DNA of 64,000 nt from Microcoleus sp. (GCA_052279835.1 CP181291.1:1280001-1344000); one strand, 5' to 3'; shown: positions 21,497 to 32,783, counted from the stretch's first letter. The notes: generated by a model from the letters alone, not told the origin. A program made the numbers and translations.

Positions 21497-22834
21497 TCAA
21501 ATCAGAAACCGAATAGTTACATATATAGCAGCCGTTACCAATTGCAATAACATCACCGGAATTCCATAACGCAGAAAAGTTTGAAAAGAAATCCGCCTGC
21601 CATGCAATTCAGAAATTCCTGCTGCGACTATATTAGAAGAAGCTCCTACCAAAGTGCCATTTCCTCCCAAAGTTGCCCCGTACATCATCGCATAAAACAG
21701 CGGTAAAACTTCCAGAGGAAACTGCCCTGCAAAATCCGGCGCTAGCACTTCCCCAGGGGCTAACCCAACGTTAACAACATACTGTTTGAGCAAGGGAACC
21801 ATCGCCACTACTAGCGGAATGTTCGGCACCACACTCGACATTAAACCCACAAAAAATAACAAAGCTAGGGAACCCAAAAAAATATTCTTACCCAAAATAA
21901 CTGCTAGAATTCCCGATATACTGTTAATCACTCCGGTTTTTTCTAAACCCCCAATCAGTACAAAAATAGACATGAAAAATAGCAGCGTACTCCAATCTAA
22001 ATCACGCAATATATTATTCACGGAATCTATTTTAGATTGATGAGCTAATAGCATGGACAAGGCCGCCCCCAACAAAGCAATGGCTGCTGGTGAAATTGGC
22101 ACCGGTAGCGACTCTCCCACTACAAAAAATACCAGCACGAAAGCTATAATTAAACCGCCGACTGCTAAAATTCGTGGGTGATTAATTTTGGGATGTGGCA
22201 AGTCTGCCAAATCGTCTAATTCTTTGTGCCAAATTTCGGGGAACAACCACGGCAGAATAATGACTATTACTCCTACTGCCAGTGCGCCGCCCAAACTTAA
22301 TTTCACCAGGTAATCGGCAAAGCTCATATTAATCGCATCACCGACAATAAATGTCGCCGGATCTCCTACTATTGTCAGCAGTCCCGAACTGTTAGCTACA
22401 AATACCATTAAAATTAGTAATGGTACAAAATCTACACCCACTTCTTGTGCCATGGGCGGAATTAATGGTGCTAGCAGCATGACCGTGGTAGCATTGGGCA
22501 AAACTGCACAAATCGGGGTAGTAATGGCTACAATCCCCAGCAACAGATTTTTGCCTTTTCCTTTCGCCAACAGTACCATTTGAGTTGCCAAATATTCAAA
22601 TACTTTGGTAGGTTCAAAAGACCTGACCATTACCATGACTCCGAAGAATAATCCCAAGGTTCCATGACTGCGACCAATATATTCGATCGCATCATTTAAA
22701 GTCATAACGTGGGCAAAAACCAGGATCAGTGCTCCCAAAAAAGCTGCAACTGTTAGGTGTATCCACTCGGTCATTACTAACAAAATTACACCGATAAAAG
22801 TTGCCGTGGCGATCGCAGCTTGCAGGTTTTCCAT
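21497..22834 (-). CDS. ArsB/NhaD (IT superfamily) transporter
   Basis: About 12 TM; LPNATTV, TIVGDPAT, DWSTLLFF, LGGNGTLVGASSN. Confidence 0.85.
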   Translation of the reverse strand: MENLQAAIATATFIGVILLVMTEWIHLTVAAFLGALILVFAHVMTLNDAIEYIGRSHGTLGLFFGVMVMVRSFEPTKVFEYLATQMVLLAKGKGKNLLLGIVAITTPICAVLPNATTVMLLAPLIPPMAQEVGVDFVPLLILMVFVANSSGLLTIVGDPATFIVGDAINMSFADYLVKLSLGGALAVGVIVIILPWLFPEIWHKELDDLADLPHPKINHPRILAVGGLIIAFVLVFFVVGESLPVPISPAAIALLGAALSMLLAHQSKIDSVNNILRDLDWSTLLFFMSIFVLIGGLEKTGVINSISGILAVILGKNIFLGSLALLFFVGLMSSVVPNIPLVVAMVPLLKQYVVNVGLAPGEVLAPDFAGQFPLEVLPLFYAMMYGATLGGNGTLVGASSNIVAAGISELHGRRISFQTFLRYGIPVMLLQLVTAAIYVTIRFLI

Positions 22835-23118
22835 TTAGTCTCCTGACAAAATTCAAAATTTTAAATTTAACATGATTATGCCACCCCAGAAATTTACTAC
22901 ATCCCGGTAATTTTGTCAATACCTTTAAGAGGTATTTTGTAGTTATAAATACTCTGAATCAGCTCATTGGCAGAGATAGTAGATCCCAAAAATCACCAAA
23001 AAACTACTTCTTTTGGCAGGGTGGCGATCGCCAAAAATTTGATATGTTAATCGGGCGATCGCTCGACTACAATAAGACAATAGCAATATCTGTCAGACTC
23101 CACCCCCCCGCAGACATC

Positions 23119-24327
23119 ATGGATTACAGCCAACTGCTCACCGACAAAACCGACACTATTCTCCAAAACTGGATTGAAGCAGTTAGCCAGGATCGGAAAA
23201 TAGAAAGTGCTGACACCTTACCGCGCTCAGCCATTAAAAATCATATTCCTCACCTGCTGGCGGCGATGGCAACAGTGCTTTCCCAATATCAAAACAGCGA
23301 AATTGGCATCATCATCACAGCCAGTTTTGATCACGGCTTGCTGCGAGCAGAACAAGGCTACGATCCAGCAGAAGTAGCGCGGGAATACCATTTACTTCGT
23401 CAAGTCATATTCTCCCATATCGAAGCAGAATTACTAGCAGGAACCAGCGCAGAAGTAGTCAGAGCTTTTCGACTCATAGACTCCGTAGTAGACGAAGCAA
23501 TTGCCCAGTGTTTTAACAGTTATGTTACTCAGCGCTTGAACGAACTCCAACAAATCCAAACTCAGTTAACACTCACCAATCAAGAACTGAATCGCCTAGT
23601 CAGCACTCACCAAGAAAATCTCTCCTATTTAGCCCACGAACTCAAAACACCACTCAACTCAATCATCGGTTATTCTGAATTGTTTTTGCGTCAAGGAAAA
23701 AAGCAACCAGAAATCAAAGATACTCTCCCAGGCATCGAACATATAGAGCGAGTATTACGTAACGGTAGACAACTATTACGCCTAATTAACGATGCCCTAG
23801 AACTTTCCCGTGCCGATGCCGGAAAAATCCAACTTCAATTGAGACCAACTAATGTAAAATCTCTCATTAATACAGTAGTAGAAATAATGCAGCCCATGGC
23901 TGACGCTAAGGGATTAAACCTCTCAATCACTAGCGACAGCGCTCCCAAACAAGTAATCGCCGACTCCCAGCGACTGCAACAAATTATCACCAATCTGCTG
24001 AGCAATGCTATTCGCTACACAACCACTGGTAGCATCAAATTAGATTGTCGTCAAGTCGGAACCGAAAATTGGGCGATCGCCATTACAGACACCGGCATTG
24101 GCATCTCCCCCACCGATAAAAATCGCATTTTTGACCCTTTCTTTCAAGCAGGAGAAGCTAGCCAAAAACAATTTTCCCCAGACAGCACAGGCTTGGGATT
24201 AGCCATAGTATCGCGACTGGTAAAACTATTGCAAGGCAACATAGATTTAATATCAGAAATTGGAGTAGGCTCGACTTTCACAGTCATTTTACCGCTGGAA
24301 GTTAAAACTTTACAGAAAGTGCTTTAA
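23119..24327 (+). CDS. Histidine kinase with N-terminal RsbRD_N-like domain
   Basis: HGLLRAEQGY...EYHLLR; LAHELKTPLN; NAIRYT; DTGIG; TGLGL. Confidence 0.88.
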   Translation: MDYSQLLTDKTDTILQNWIEAVSQDRKIESADTLPRSAIKNHIPHLLAAMATVLSQYQNSEIGIIITASFDHGLLRAEQGYDPAEVAREYHLLRQVIFSHIEAELLAGTSAEVVRAFRLIDSVVDEAIAQCFNSYVTQRLNELQQIQTQLTLTNQELNRLVSTHQENLSYLAHELKTPLNSIIGYSELFLRQGKKQPEIKDTLPGIEHIERVLRNGRQLLRLINDALELSRADAGKIQLQLRPTNVKSLINTVVEIMQPMADAKGLNLSITSDSAPKQVIADSQRLQQIITNLLSNAIRYTTTGSIKLDCRQVGTENWAIAITDTGIGISPTDKNRIFDPFFQAGEASQKQFSPDSTGLGLAIVSRLVKLLQGNIDLISEIGVGSTFTVILPLEVKTLQKVL

Positions 24328-24379
24328 GAGTTAATATATGATAAGTATATCAAAGCATCTTTAACAAAAGATTATTTCC

Positions 24380-26555
24380 ATGTCCGCCCTCTACGCAACC
24401 CCTACCGTGACAGCCTTTCCCCTAACAGCCGTTGTCGGCCAAGAAGCAATTAAATTAGCCCTGCTTTTAGCAGCAGTCGATCCCGGACTGGGAGGAGTTG
24501 CGATCGCAGGTCGTCGCGGTACCGCAAAATCAGTAATGGCCCGTGCCTTGCATTCTCTCCTACCCCCCATAGAAATTGTCAAAGACTCTTTCTGCAACGC
24601 CTCTCCAGAAGAACCCCTTGTAGAAGAGCTATCGGGCTTGTCATCAGAAAATCACGGGCAAGATATCTTAGCAGAAAATCATCAGCAAGAGACCCAGACC
24701 ACAAATACTAATCTCACCACCGCCATTATTCCCACACCCTTCATCCAAATTCCCTTGGGTGTCACCGAAGATAGACTCTTAGGTTCAGTCGATGTCGAAC
24801 AATCAGTAAAATTCGGCGAAACAGTATTTCAACCAGGACTGCTAGCCCAAGCCAATCGAGGCGTACTTTATGTAGACGAAATCAACCTCCTCGACGACAA
24901 CATTTCCAACCAATTACTCACAGTATTAACAGAAGGAAGAAATCAAATAGAACGAGAAGGCATCAGCTTTCAACATCCATGCAAACCCCTATTTATTGCC
25001 ACCTATAACCCCGAAGAAGGCCCACTCAGGGAACATTTACTAGACAGAATCGCCATCGCCCTTTCCGCCGATGCCGTACTTCAACTAGAAGAAAGAGTCC
25101 AAGCCGTAGACCAAGCTCTATCCTACTCCAGCTCACCCCAACAATTTCTCAACCAATATGCAGAAGACACCGACAACCTCAAAACCCAAATCATCCTAGC
25201 CAGAGAATGGCTCAAAGATGTCACCATCAAACGCGAACAAATTAGCTACCTAGTAGAAGAAGCCATCCGCGGCGCAGTACAAGGACACCGCGCCGAAATA
25301 TTCGCAGTCCCGAGTCGCCAAAGCCTGCGCCGCTATCGAAGGACGCACAGAAGTTAACGCCGAAGATTTGCGTCGCGCCGTCGAATTAGTCATCGTGCCC
25401 CGCGCCACCGTCATCCAATCTCCTCCAGACGAAAACAATCCTCCTCCTCCCCCTCCCCCGCCGCCACCACCCCAAAACCAGTCCGAACCAGAACCAGACG
25501 AAGAACCAGAACCAGACGAAGAAGAACCAGACGAAGAAGAACCAGACGAAGCACCTCCAGAAGAACCAGAAGAAAATAGCATTCCCGAAGAATTTATCTT
25601 CGACCCCGAAGGAGTAATTCTCGACCCCAGCGTGCTTTTCTTCGCCCAAAATGCCAGCAGCCAAGGCAAATCAGGAAGCCGTAGCATCATTTTTTCCGAA
25701 GATAGAGGCCGTTACATCAAGCCAGTATTGCCCAAAGGTCCCGTCCGTCGCATCGCCGTTGATGCCACCCTCAGAGCCGCCGCACCCTATCAAAAAGCCC
25801 GCCGCGAAAGGAATTCTCACCCCCCCCAACCCAGGGCGGGCACAGGGGCACCGCCCCTACAATCGGGGGGGCAAGAGCCAAATCAGGACGAAGGGAAGCG
25901 TCGCGTATTTGTCGAACAGGGAGATGTTCGGGCGAAGCGACTGGCTAGAAAAGCTGGGGCTCTAGTGGTATTTGTCGTCGATGCTTCCGGTTCCATGGCT
26001 CTCAATCGGATGCAGTCGGCAAAAGGTGCTGTCATGCAGTTACTCACAGAAGCCTACCAAAGCCGGGACCAAGTTGCTCTCATTCCCTTTCGCGGAGAAC
26101 AAGCAGAAGTGCTGTTACCGCCTACGCGCTCCATCGCCTTAGCCCGCAAGCGTTTGGAAAGGTTGCCCTGTGGTGGCGGTTCCCCCCTGGCTCACGGTTT
26201 GACACAAGCCGTGCGGGTGGGAGTCAACGCGCGACAATCGGGAGATATCGGTCAAGTTGCGATTGTCGCCATTACTGACGGGCGCGGGAATATTCCTCTG
26301 GCTCGTTCTTTGGGTGAACCCATTTTAGATGGAGAAAAGCCAGATATTAAGGGTGAATTGTTGGAAATTGCTGCCAAAATTCGCGGGCTAGGGATGCAGT
26401 TGCTGGTGATAGATACCGAAAGCAAGTTTATTTCTACTGGTTTTGCTAAGGAATTAGCCAAGACTTCTGGTGGCAAATACTATCATTTGCCCAAAGCTAC
26501 CGAACAGGCGATCGCATCCATGACTAAAAATGCTCTCCGCGACGCGATCGGCTAA
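24380..26555 (+). CDS. chlD: Magnesium chelatase subunit D, split by apparent extra C at 25309-25311
   Basis: [16 protein letters not shown], Pro/acidic linker, vWA DASGSM; removing one C gives [15 protein letters not shown]. Confidence 0.93.
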
Positions 26556-26601
26556 ATTGACTAGAGTCGCATTTATCGGCGTCTATCTGCGGTTCAAAAC
26601 T

Positions 26602-26904
26602 CTAATTTTTCCATCGGCGCCGACTACGAGTCACCACCAGAGAACCCACCACTAAACCCAGCCCACCTAGCATCGAAGGCTCAGGAATTTTCACCGGCAG
26701 AGGCACCGGGCTGGCTGTTCCCCCAGGCGGGTTCGAGCAACTTCGACAGGGGGTTGATTGAACAACCTGAGCCAACACCAAATTTTGAGGTTCTGCTGGG
26801 AAATTGCGCGCCACCCCTGCTTGACCACCGCAGACAACAGTTGCTAAAGCTAATACAATTCCCGCCGTAGGCTTGAAAAACATCTTAGAAAAAAAGGTAG
26901 GCAT
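26602..26904 (-). CDS. Small secreted PEP-CTERM protein
   Basis: Signal peptide, CRSC, IPEPSMLGGLGLVVG...RSRRR. Confidence 0.8.
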   Translation of the reverse strand: MPTFFSKMFFKPTAGIVLALATVVCGGQAGVARNFPAEPQNLVLAQVVQSTPCRSCSNPPGGTASPVPLPVKIPEPSMLGGLGLVVGSLVVTRSRRRWKN

Positions 26905-27288
26905 TAGACATTACCTGTTTGGTATTTTATGGTTAGATTTAGATATTTTCACGATTATTTTTTTGCATACCCTGTATACACCTTTGAACAGCCAAATCGA
27001 ACCGCAGTGAAATTTGAACGTTGAGGTCTTGGATAAGTTAGGTTTCCCACCCTGAGAGCAAATTTGACGCTTCAACTTTGCTTGTGGTGTGAGACAGTCT
27101 CGCTCCCAAGGTGAAAGGGATAAAGAATTTACTCATATTTTACAAATCATAAACCATCGCTCCCATCCGGTACATAATATGCTCCTAGTCTTTATCAAAT
27201 CTTTAAACTTTGAGAGGTTTTGCAAACTCATTGTTACAAATGTCAAAATAATAGATAGCCATTTTGTACTAAAAGTAGGTCAAACCTC

Positions 27289-28017
27289 GTGAGCAACACC
27301 AGCAATTTCCGCGAAGCCCTGCGCGAGGCCAAAAACCACGCGCTGGTAGGCCCTAACGTCATCGCCAACGCCCTCCCCTTTGTCGGCGGTGGCCTCGTCT
27401 TAACTGCCATCGGCACCTATGGCGGCCTGGGAGTCATCCACAACTATCCCGGAATCTTCTTTCCCACATTCATCGCTGCGATCGTCCTTGAATTAATTCT
27501 ATTCTTTGTCGCTCGTGGTGCCGCCGAACAAGGCAACAAAAACACCGCCTTACCTCTCCTGGCCACCTACAGCCTGCTTTCCGGCTACACCCTCAGCGGA
27601 TTGGTATTTACAGCCCTCAGAACCCAAGGCGTGGGCATCTCCGGCATCGGTTTTGCCGCCCTAGGTTGCGGCATTACCTTCATCGTCGCCCGCCAAATCG
27701 GCTCTAACTTATCCGAAACAGACGGCATGGCCCTCACCAAAACTATCAGTTTGGGCGTCATTGCTTTGTTAGTCGTCGTTGGCGGTCAATTTCTGCTATC
27801 TCTATTCGGCGTCTACACCCCAACTTGGTTGGAAATTGGCATTTCCGGCATCGGTGTATTTCTGTTCGCCGGCGCTGCCATTGTAGACTTTTACATTCTG
27901 CCCCGCAGCTACCGCGATGACCAGTATTTGCCGGCTGCTTTGTCGATGTATCTTACTTACATCAACTTGTTTATCTTTATTCTGCGACTGCTGATTGCCA
28001 TTAACAGCCGGGATTAA
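27289..28017 (+). CDS. Bax inhibitor-1/YccA family membrane protein
   Basis: 7 TM; ALSMYLTYINLFIFILRLL C-terminus. Confidence 0.9.
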   Translation: MSNTSNFREALREAKNHALVGPNVIANALPFVGGGLVLTAIGTYGGLGVIHNYPGIFFPTFIAAIVLELILFFVARGAAEQGNKNTALPLLATYSLLSGYTLSGLVFTALRTQGVGISGIGFAALGCGITFIVARQIGSNLSETDGMALTKTISLGVIALLVVVGGQFLLSLFGVYTPTWLEIGISGIGVFLFAGAAIVDFYILPRSYRDDQYLPAALSMYLTYINLFIFILRLLIAINSRD

Positions 28018-28030
28018 TTGAAATAGTACA

Positions 28031-28071
28031 TTAAAAACCGCAGCTTGTAAAAATCAAGCCGCGGTTTTTAA
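28031..28071 (+). terminator. Intrinsic terminator
   Basis: TTAAAAACCGCAGCTTG-loop-CAAGCCGCGGTTTTTAA. Confidence 0.75.
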
Positions 28072-28171
28072 TTTTTGTTAAGCTGTGGCACTAATATAGC
28101 AATGGTTGAGTAGTCTGTGAGCAAAGGGACTGGTGAATATTTAAATAAAAAAAATCAAGGGGAAAAAACTC

Positions 28172-29755
28172 ATGTACTTAAAGTATGAAGATATCAGAAG
28201 AGTCAGCGTAGAGATTACCTCCCGATGCAATGCCGCTTGTCCCCAATGTCCCCGCACTGACAACCCGATTTTACCGATGGCAGAATTAAAGATGGAGGAT
28301 ATTGAGAGAATTTTCCCCAAAGAGTTTTGCTCTCAGTTGGATTTGGTATATATGTGCGGCAATTACGGCGATGCTATGACTAGCAATACTACAATTCCGG
28401 CGATCGAATATTGGCACCGCATGGGCGTTCCTCATGTCGGGCTGTACACCAATGGTAGCGGACGCAACCCGGACTGGTGGCAATCTCTGGCAAAGGCGAT
28501 GACAGGAGAACACGACAGCGTAACTTTTAGTATCGATGGCTTGGCAGATACTAACAGCATTTACCGCAAAAATACTAACTGGGATAAGATAATGCAGTCG
28601 GTTAATGCCTTTATCCAAGCTGGCGGAAAAGCTATCTGGCATTACTTAATTTTTGAACACAACCAACATCAAGTAGAATCGGCTCGCGCTTTAGCTAAAG
28701 AATTAGGATTTGCAGAGTTTGTACCGAAAGCTACCTCTCGTTTTGTGGCGAAAGAACTTTATGAAAAAGATTCTGCAATTCCACAGGATCGGCAGGCAGA
28801 AAACTCTCAAGTAGATGCTAATAATTCTAACCAAAATCAACCCGCAACAAGTAATGCGTCAGCCCCTCAAAATCAAGCACAGACGGCTGTTGGCTTGCAC
28901 CGACAAGCGGAGGAGTGTTTGAGACAAGGACAGCTCTCAGAGGCGATCGCAGCCAGCCAACAAGCCCTAAAAATTCAACCGGATTTTGCAGCCGCCTACA
29001 AAACTTTAGGCAACGCTGTTCAAGGTTTGGGGCGGATGCAAGCAGCAGCAGACTGTTATTCTAAAGCGCTGCAAATTCAGCCTAATTTTCCCGAAGTTTA
29101 TGCTAATGTCGGCAGTCTTTATGCTCAACAGCAACAGTGGCAGCCAGCTAGTGCTTATTACCAAAAGGCGATCGAGCTTAAACCCAATTTTGCAGGAGCT
29201 TATCGCAATTTAGCTAAAGTCTTGACGCAGTTGGGACAACCAGAAAAAGCAAATTATGCTTGGTATCAAGCTATAGCTATCGAAACCTCTCAAGCATCCG
29301 AACTAACTCAGCCTGTGCCTTCAAAGCCAGCCAGCGAAGAACTCCAACCCCCATCGTTGGAACAATATCAAAATCCACAGGGATCTGAATTTCTGAAAGT
29401 TGTAGAAACCTACGGAGGCCTAAACAATTACTACCGCAATGTAGAAATTAGCTGCCAAACTCAAGCCAGTAAAGATATTTTCATCAGTTTTGAAGCGGAA
29501 CTCTGGCCCTGTTGTTGGGTCAGCCATACTAAATACGCTGTTTACAACCATACTTACAGGCCGCAGATGTTGGCTTTACTTGAAAAGTACGGAGAGGGCT
29601 TTAATTCTCTCAAAACTCAATCTGTTAAAGATGCCTTAGAAAGTGATTGGTTTCGTCAAGACCTCACAGCTAGTTTTTCCTGTTCTAAAAGGTTGGATGT
29701 CTGCGCTCACGAATGCGGTAAAACTTTTAATTCCACGGGTTCGCAGTATATCTAA
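28172..29755 (+). CDS. Radical SAM protein with inserted TPR block and C-terminal SPASM/twitch-like region
   Basis: CNAACPQC, CGNYGD, TNGS, FSIDG; about 4 TPRs (PDFAAAYKTLG, PNFPEVYANVG, PNFAGAYRNLA); ISC...WPCCW...C...CAHECG. Confidence 0.85.
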   Translation: MYLKYEDIRRVSVEITSRCNAACPQCPRTDNPILPMAELKMEDIERIFPKEFCSQLDLVYMCGNYGDAMTSNTTIPAIEYWHRMGVPHVGLYTNGSGRNPDWWQSLAKAMTGEHDSVTFSIDGLADTNSIYRKNTNWDKIMQSVNAFIQAGGKAIWHYLIFEHNQHQVESARALAKELGFAEFVPKATSRFVAKELYEKDSAIPQDRQAENSQVDANNSNQNQPATSNASAPQNQAQTAVGLHRQAEECLRQGQLSEAIAASQQALKIQPDFAAAYKTLGNAVQGLGRMQAAADCYSKALQIQPNFPEVYANVGSLYAQQQQWQPASAYYQKAIELKPNFAGAYRNLAKVLTQLGQPEKANYAWYQAIAIETSQASELTQPVPSKPASEELQPPSLEQYQNPQGSEFLKVVETYGGLNNYYRNVEISCQTQASKDIFISFEAELWPCCWVSHTKYAVYNHTYRPQMLALLEKYGEGFNSLKTQSVKDALESDWFRQDLTASFSCSKRLDVCAHECGKTFNSTGSQYI

Positions 29756-29839
29756 TTAGGAAGAAACAATAACAGTTTGTTGAAATATTCCAATTTCAGC
29801 TATAATAGGTAAAACACTTCAAAACCACGAGGACTAATA

Positions 29840-30959
29840 GTGGAAATTCTAGATATCAAACACAACATCGAAACATTGTCCGATCGCCTGGGTAAAACCC
29901 AGGACTATCTTTGACATCCCCGCACTATCGGCAAAAATCCAAGATTTAGAGCAAATAGCCGCTCAACCAGCTTTTTGGGACGACCAAAATCAAGCCCAAG
30001 TAACTCTCCAAGAACTTAACGACCTCAAATCTCACTTAGAGCAATATCATGGCTGGCAAAATAGCTTGGAAGATGCCAGAGCTATCTTAGAATTGCTAGA
30101 ACTAGAAGCCGATGAATCCCTGTTTCAAGAAGCCTCTTCCAATCTTTCTCAGTTAACTCGCGACCTCGATTTGTGGGAACTGCAACAGTTGTTGTCAGGG
30201 CCCTACGACCAAAGTGGCGCTGTTTTAACAATTAATGCTGGTGCCGGCGGTACTGATGCTCAAGATTGGGCAGAAATGCTGATGCGGATGTACACGCGCT
30301 GGGGAGAAAGTCAAGGTTACAAAGTACATTTAACCGAATTTTCTGAAGGAGAAGAAGCAGGCATAAAATCTGCAACTTTGGAAATTGCCGGCCGCTACGC
30401 TTACGGTTATTTGCGATCGGAAAAAGGCACTCACAGGTTGGTCAGAATTTCGCCTTTCAATGCTAACGACAAGCGTCAAACCAGTTTTGCCGGTGTCGAA
30501 GTGATGCCAATACTCGATCGCTCAGTACAGTTAGACATCCCTGAAAAAGACCTGGAAATCACCACTTCCCGCGCAGGTGGCAAGGGCGGGCAAAATGTTA
30601 ACAAGGTAGAAACGGCTGTCCGCATCGTTCACCTGCCGACAGGTTTAGCCGTGCGCTGTACCGAAGAACGCAGTCAGTTGCAAAATAAGGAAAAAGCCCT
30701 CGCCTTGCTTAAATCCAGGCTGTTGGTGATTGCGAAGGAACAGCGGGCTTCGGAAATTGCCGAAATTCGGGGCGACATCGTGGAGGCGGCTTGGGGCCAG
30801 CAAATTCGCAACTATGTTTTTCACCCCTATCAAATGGTCAAGGATGTGCGGACTGGTGTGGAAACAACCGCCATTACCGATGTGATGAACGGTGAATTAG
30901 ACCCGTTTATTCAAGCTTACCTCCGCCAGGAAAATCAGTTGGTCGCCCAAACCTCTTGA
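29840..30959 (+). CDS. prfB: Peptide chain release factor 2 with programmed +1 frameshift
   Basis: GTG 29840, 24 codons, CTT TGA C at 29909-29915, +1 frame continuous with ORF 30066-30959; SPF and GGQ motifs. Confidence 0.96.
29900..29915 (+). promoter_or_regulatory. prfB autoregulatory +1 frameshift site
   Basis: CAGGACTATCTTTGAC. Confidence 0.92.
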
Positions 30960-30980
30960 ACCAGTACCCGCAATCGCAGC

Positions 30981-31016
30981 GGTTGGTAGTGAGGACTTAA
31001 GTTGTCACTACCAACC
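30981..31016. repeat. GTAG-type palindromic repeat/hairpin after prfB
   Basis: GGTTGGTAGTGA-N12-TCACTACCAACC. Confidence 0.55.
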
Positions 31017-31108
31017 AATTTGATGGTATAATTTTGAGGTTTTGGGCGATCGCGCGGCGAAAACCTTGATATGATAAAAATCGATCTCACAAACACTAAG
31101 GAGAAAGA

Positions 31109-31303
31109 ATGACCCAAGTTGTAATCGGCGAAAACGAAGGGATTGAGTCAGCCCTACGACGGTTCAAGCGACAAGTTTCCAAAGCGGGAATTTTCCCTGA
31201 CATGAGAAAGCACCGCCACTTTGAAACCCCCTTGGAAAAGCAAAAGCGCAAAGCGATTGCTAGAAGAACAAAAAGACGCTTCCACCGCAACAACAAGCCC
31301 TAG
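31109..31303 (+). CDS. rpsU: 30S ribosomal protein S21
   Basis: [21 protein letters not shown]...HFETP; AAGGAG RBS. Confidence 0.96.
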   Translation: MTQVVIGENEGIESALRRFKRQVSKAGIFPDMRKHRHFETPLEKQKRKAIARRTKRRFHRNNKP

Positions 31304-31305
31304 AA

Positions 31306-32769
31306 TTAGGGGCTAATTGATTCGGCAGATATAATTCCTTGGGATTCTAGTACCGCAGCGACTCGGAGAATCACCGCTTCGCTGTAGGGAGCACCAATAA
31401 TTTGCACCCCCAAGGGCAAAGCCCCTGGGCGCTTAACGGGCACGCAAAGTACGGGCAAGCCAATAAATGATAGGGGTTGGGTGAAGATTCCCAGATTGGG
31501 ACGCACTCTTGTTTCTTGTCCGGCTATGACCATTTTCTCTATGCCAATTAAAGGGGCAGTAATCGGAGTGGCGGGCGCGAGAATAATATCTATTTGTTGC
31601 CATATTTCGCGCAGGCGATCGCGATACCACTGTCTGAATCTCTGCGCTTGCAAGTACCAAGCCGCCGGGATTAGAGCTCCTGCTAAAAAACGATCGCGCG
31701 TCGCCGGATCGAAATCTTGAGGGCGCGATCGCAAATTCTCTAAATGCAAATTTGCCCCTTCACAGGCGGTAATGATAAATGCAGCAGCCCGCGCGCGATC
31801 GGATTCCGGTATGCTGACAGTTCCAAGCCCCCCAATTTTCGGGGGGTTTGTTGTTATTTTTACTGTCTCGTTACCACAATTTAAGACATTTGTCAAGGCT
31901 TGGGCAACTATTTCTACTGCATCCAATGCTTCCGGTTCGGCCCCTGTAGTGAAATACCCATCAGCAACCGCAATTCGCAATCCGGCAATTCCTCGATCTA
32001 ACTGCGGTAAACAAAGTTCTGGGGGGCGCTGAGTGCAAACTGGATCGCGATCGTCGGGCCCTTGCAAGATATCATACAGCGTCGCAATATCCCGGAGCGA
32101 TCGCCCAAAGGGCCCGACACAATCCAAACTGCTAGAAAACAAATAAGCGCCAGCCCTTGACAAACGGCCGTAAGTAGGCTTAAGCCCAAAAACACCGCAC
32201 AAAGCAGCGGGCACGCGGATGGAACCGTTAGTATCCGAGCCCAAAGTAAAGGGCACCAAACCCGCAGCCACCGCCGCAGCGGAACCGCCACTGGAACCGC
32301 CAGCAATCCGCGCAGTATCGTGGGGATTGCGCGTGGGCCCGTAGTGGCTGTTTTCGGTGACAAAACCGTAGGCGTACTCATCCATGTTGAGAGTACCTAG
32401 GAGTACCGCACCCGCTTGTCTGAGTCTAGCTACCGCCGCGGCGTCACGGGTAGCTGGAGGATTGTCAGCATTGATTTTTGAGCCTGCTAGGGTGGTAATT
32501 CCGCCGATGTCGAAGAGGTTTTTGACGGCGAAGGGTACACCTGCTAAAGGGCCTGGGTTTTCGTTATTTGCGATCGCACTATCTATTTTTTCAGCATCCG
32601 CAAGCGCGCGATCGGCCATCACATTAGTAAAACAGTTAAAAGTTCGATCGGCAACAGCAATCCGTTCCAAAGCCGCGTTTACCGAAGCTGTAGCCGTAAT
32701 CTTACCGCTTTTAACCGCTGCTGCCGTAGCAACCGCATCCGCCTTATCTAAAAAAACATCTGCATTCAT
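31306..32769 (-). CDS. AtzE/HpxY-type amidase (amidase signature family)
   Basis: AVKNLFD, NMDEYAYGF, GGSSGGS, GSDTNGSIRVPA. Confidence 0.9.
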   Translation of the reverse strand: MNADVFLDKADAVATAAAVKSGKITATASVNAALERIAVADRTFNCFTNVMADRALADAEKIDSAIANNENPGPLAGVPFAVKNLFDIGGITTLAGSKINADNPPATRDAAAVARLRQAGAVLLGTLNMDEYAYGFVTENSHYGPTRNPHDTARIAGGSSGGSAAAVAAGLVPFTLGSDTNGSIRVPAALCGVFGLKPTYGRLSRAGAYLFSSSLDCVGPFGRSLRDIATLYDILQGPDDRDPVCTQRPPELCLPQLDRGIAGLRIAVADGYFTTGAEPEALDAVEIVAQALTNVLNCGNETVKITTNPPKIGGLGTVSIPESDRARAAAFIITACEGANLHLENLRSRPQDFDPATRDRFLAGALIPAAWYLQAQRFRQWYRDRLREIWQQIDIILAPATPITAPLIGIEKMVIAGQETRVRPNLGIFTQPLSFIGLPVLCVPVKRPGALPLGVQIIGAPYSEAVILRVAAVLESQGIISAESISP

Positions 32770-32783
32770 CTGCGGTTAAAAAT

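Noticed and set aside
25309..25311. chlD frameshift producing a ChlI-like short product
   Set aside because: No recognisable slippery heptamer, and the site is well before the linker; an extra C in a homopolymer in an essential gene points to an error, though reads are needed to confirm
25432..25575. Poly-Pro and EPDEE repeats in chlD
   Set aside because: Normal Pro/acidic linker of ChlD/BchD
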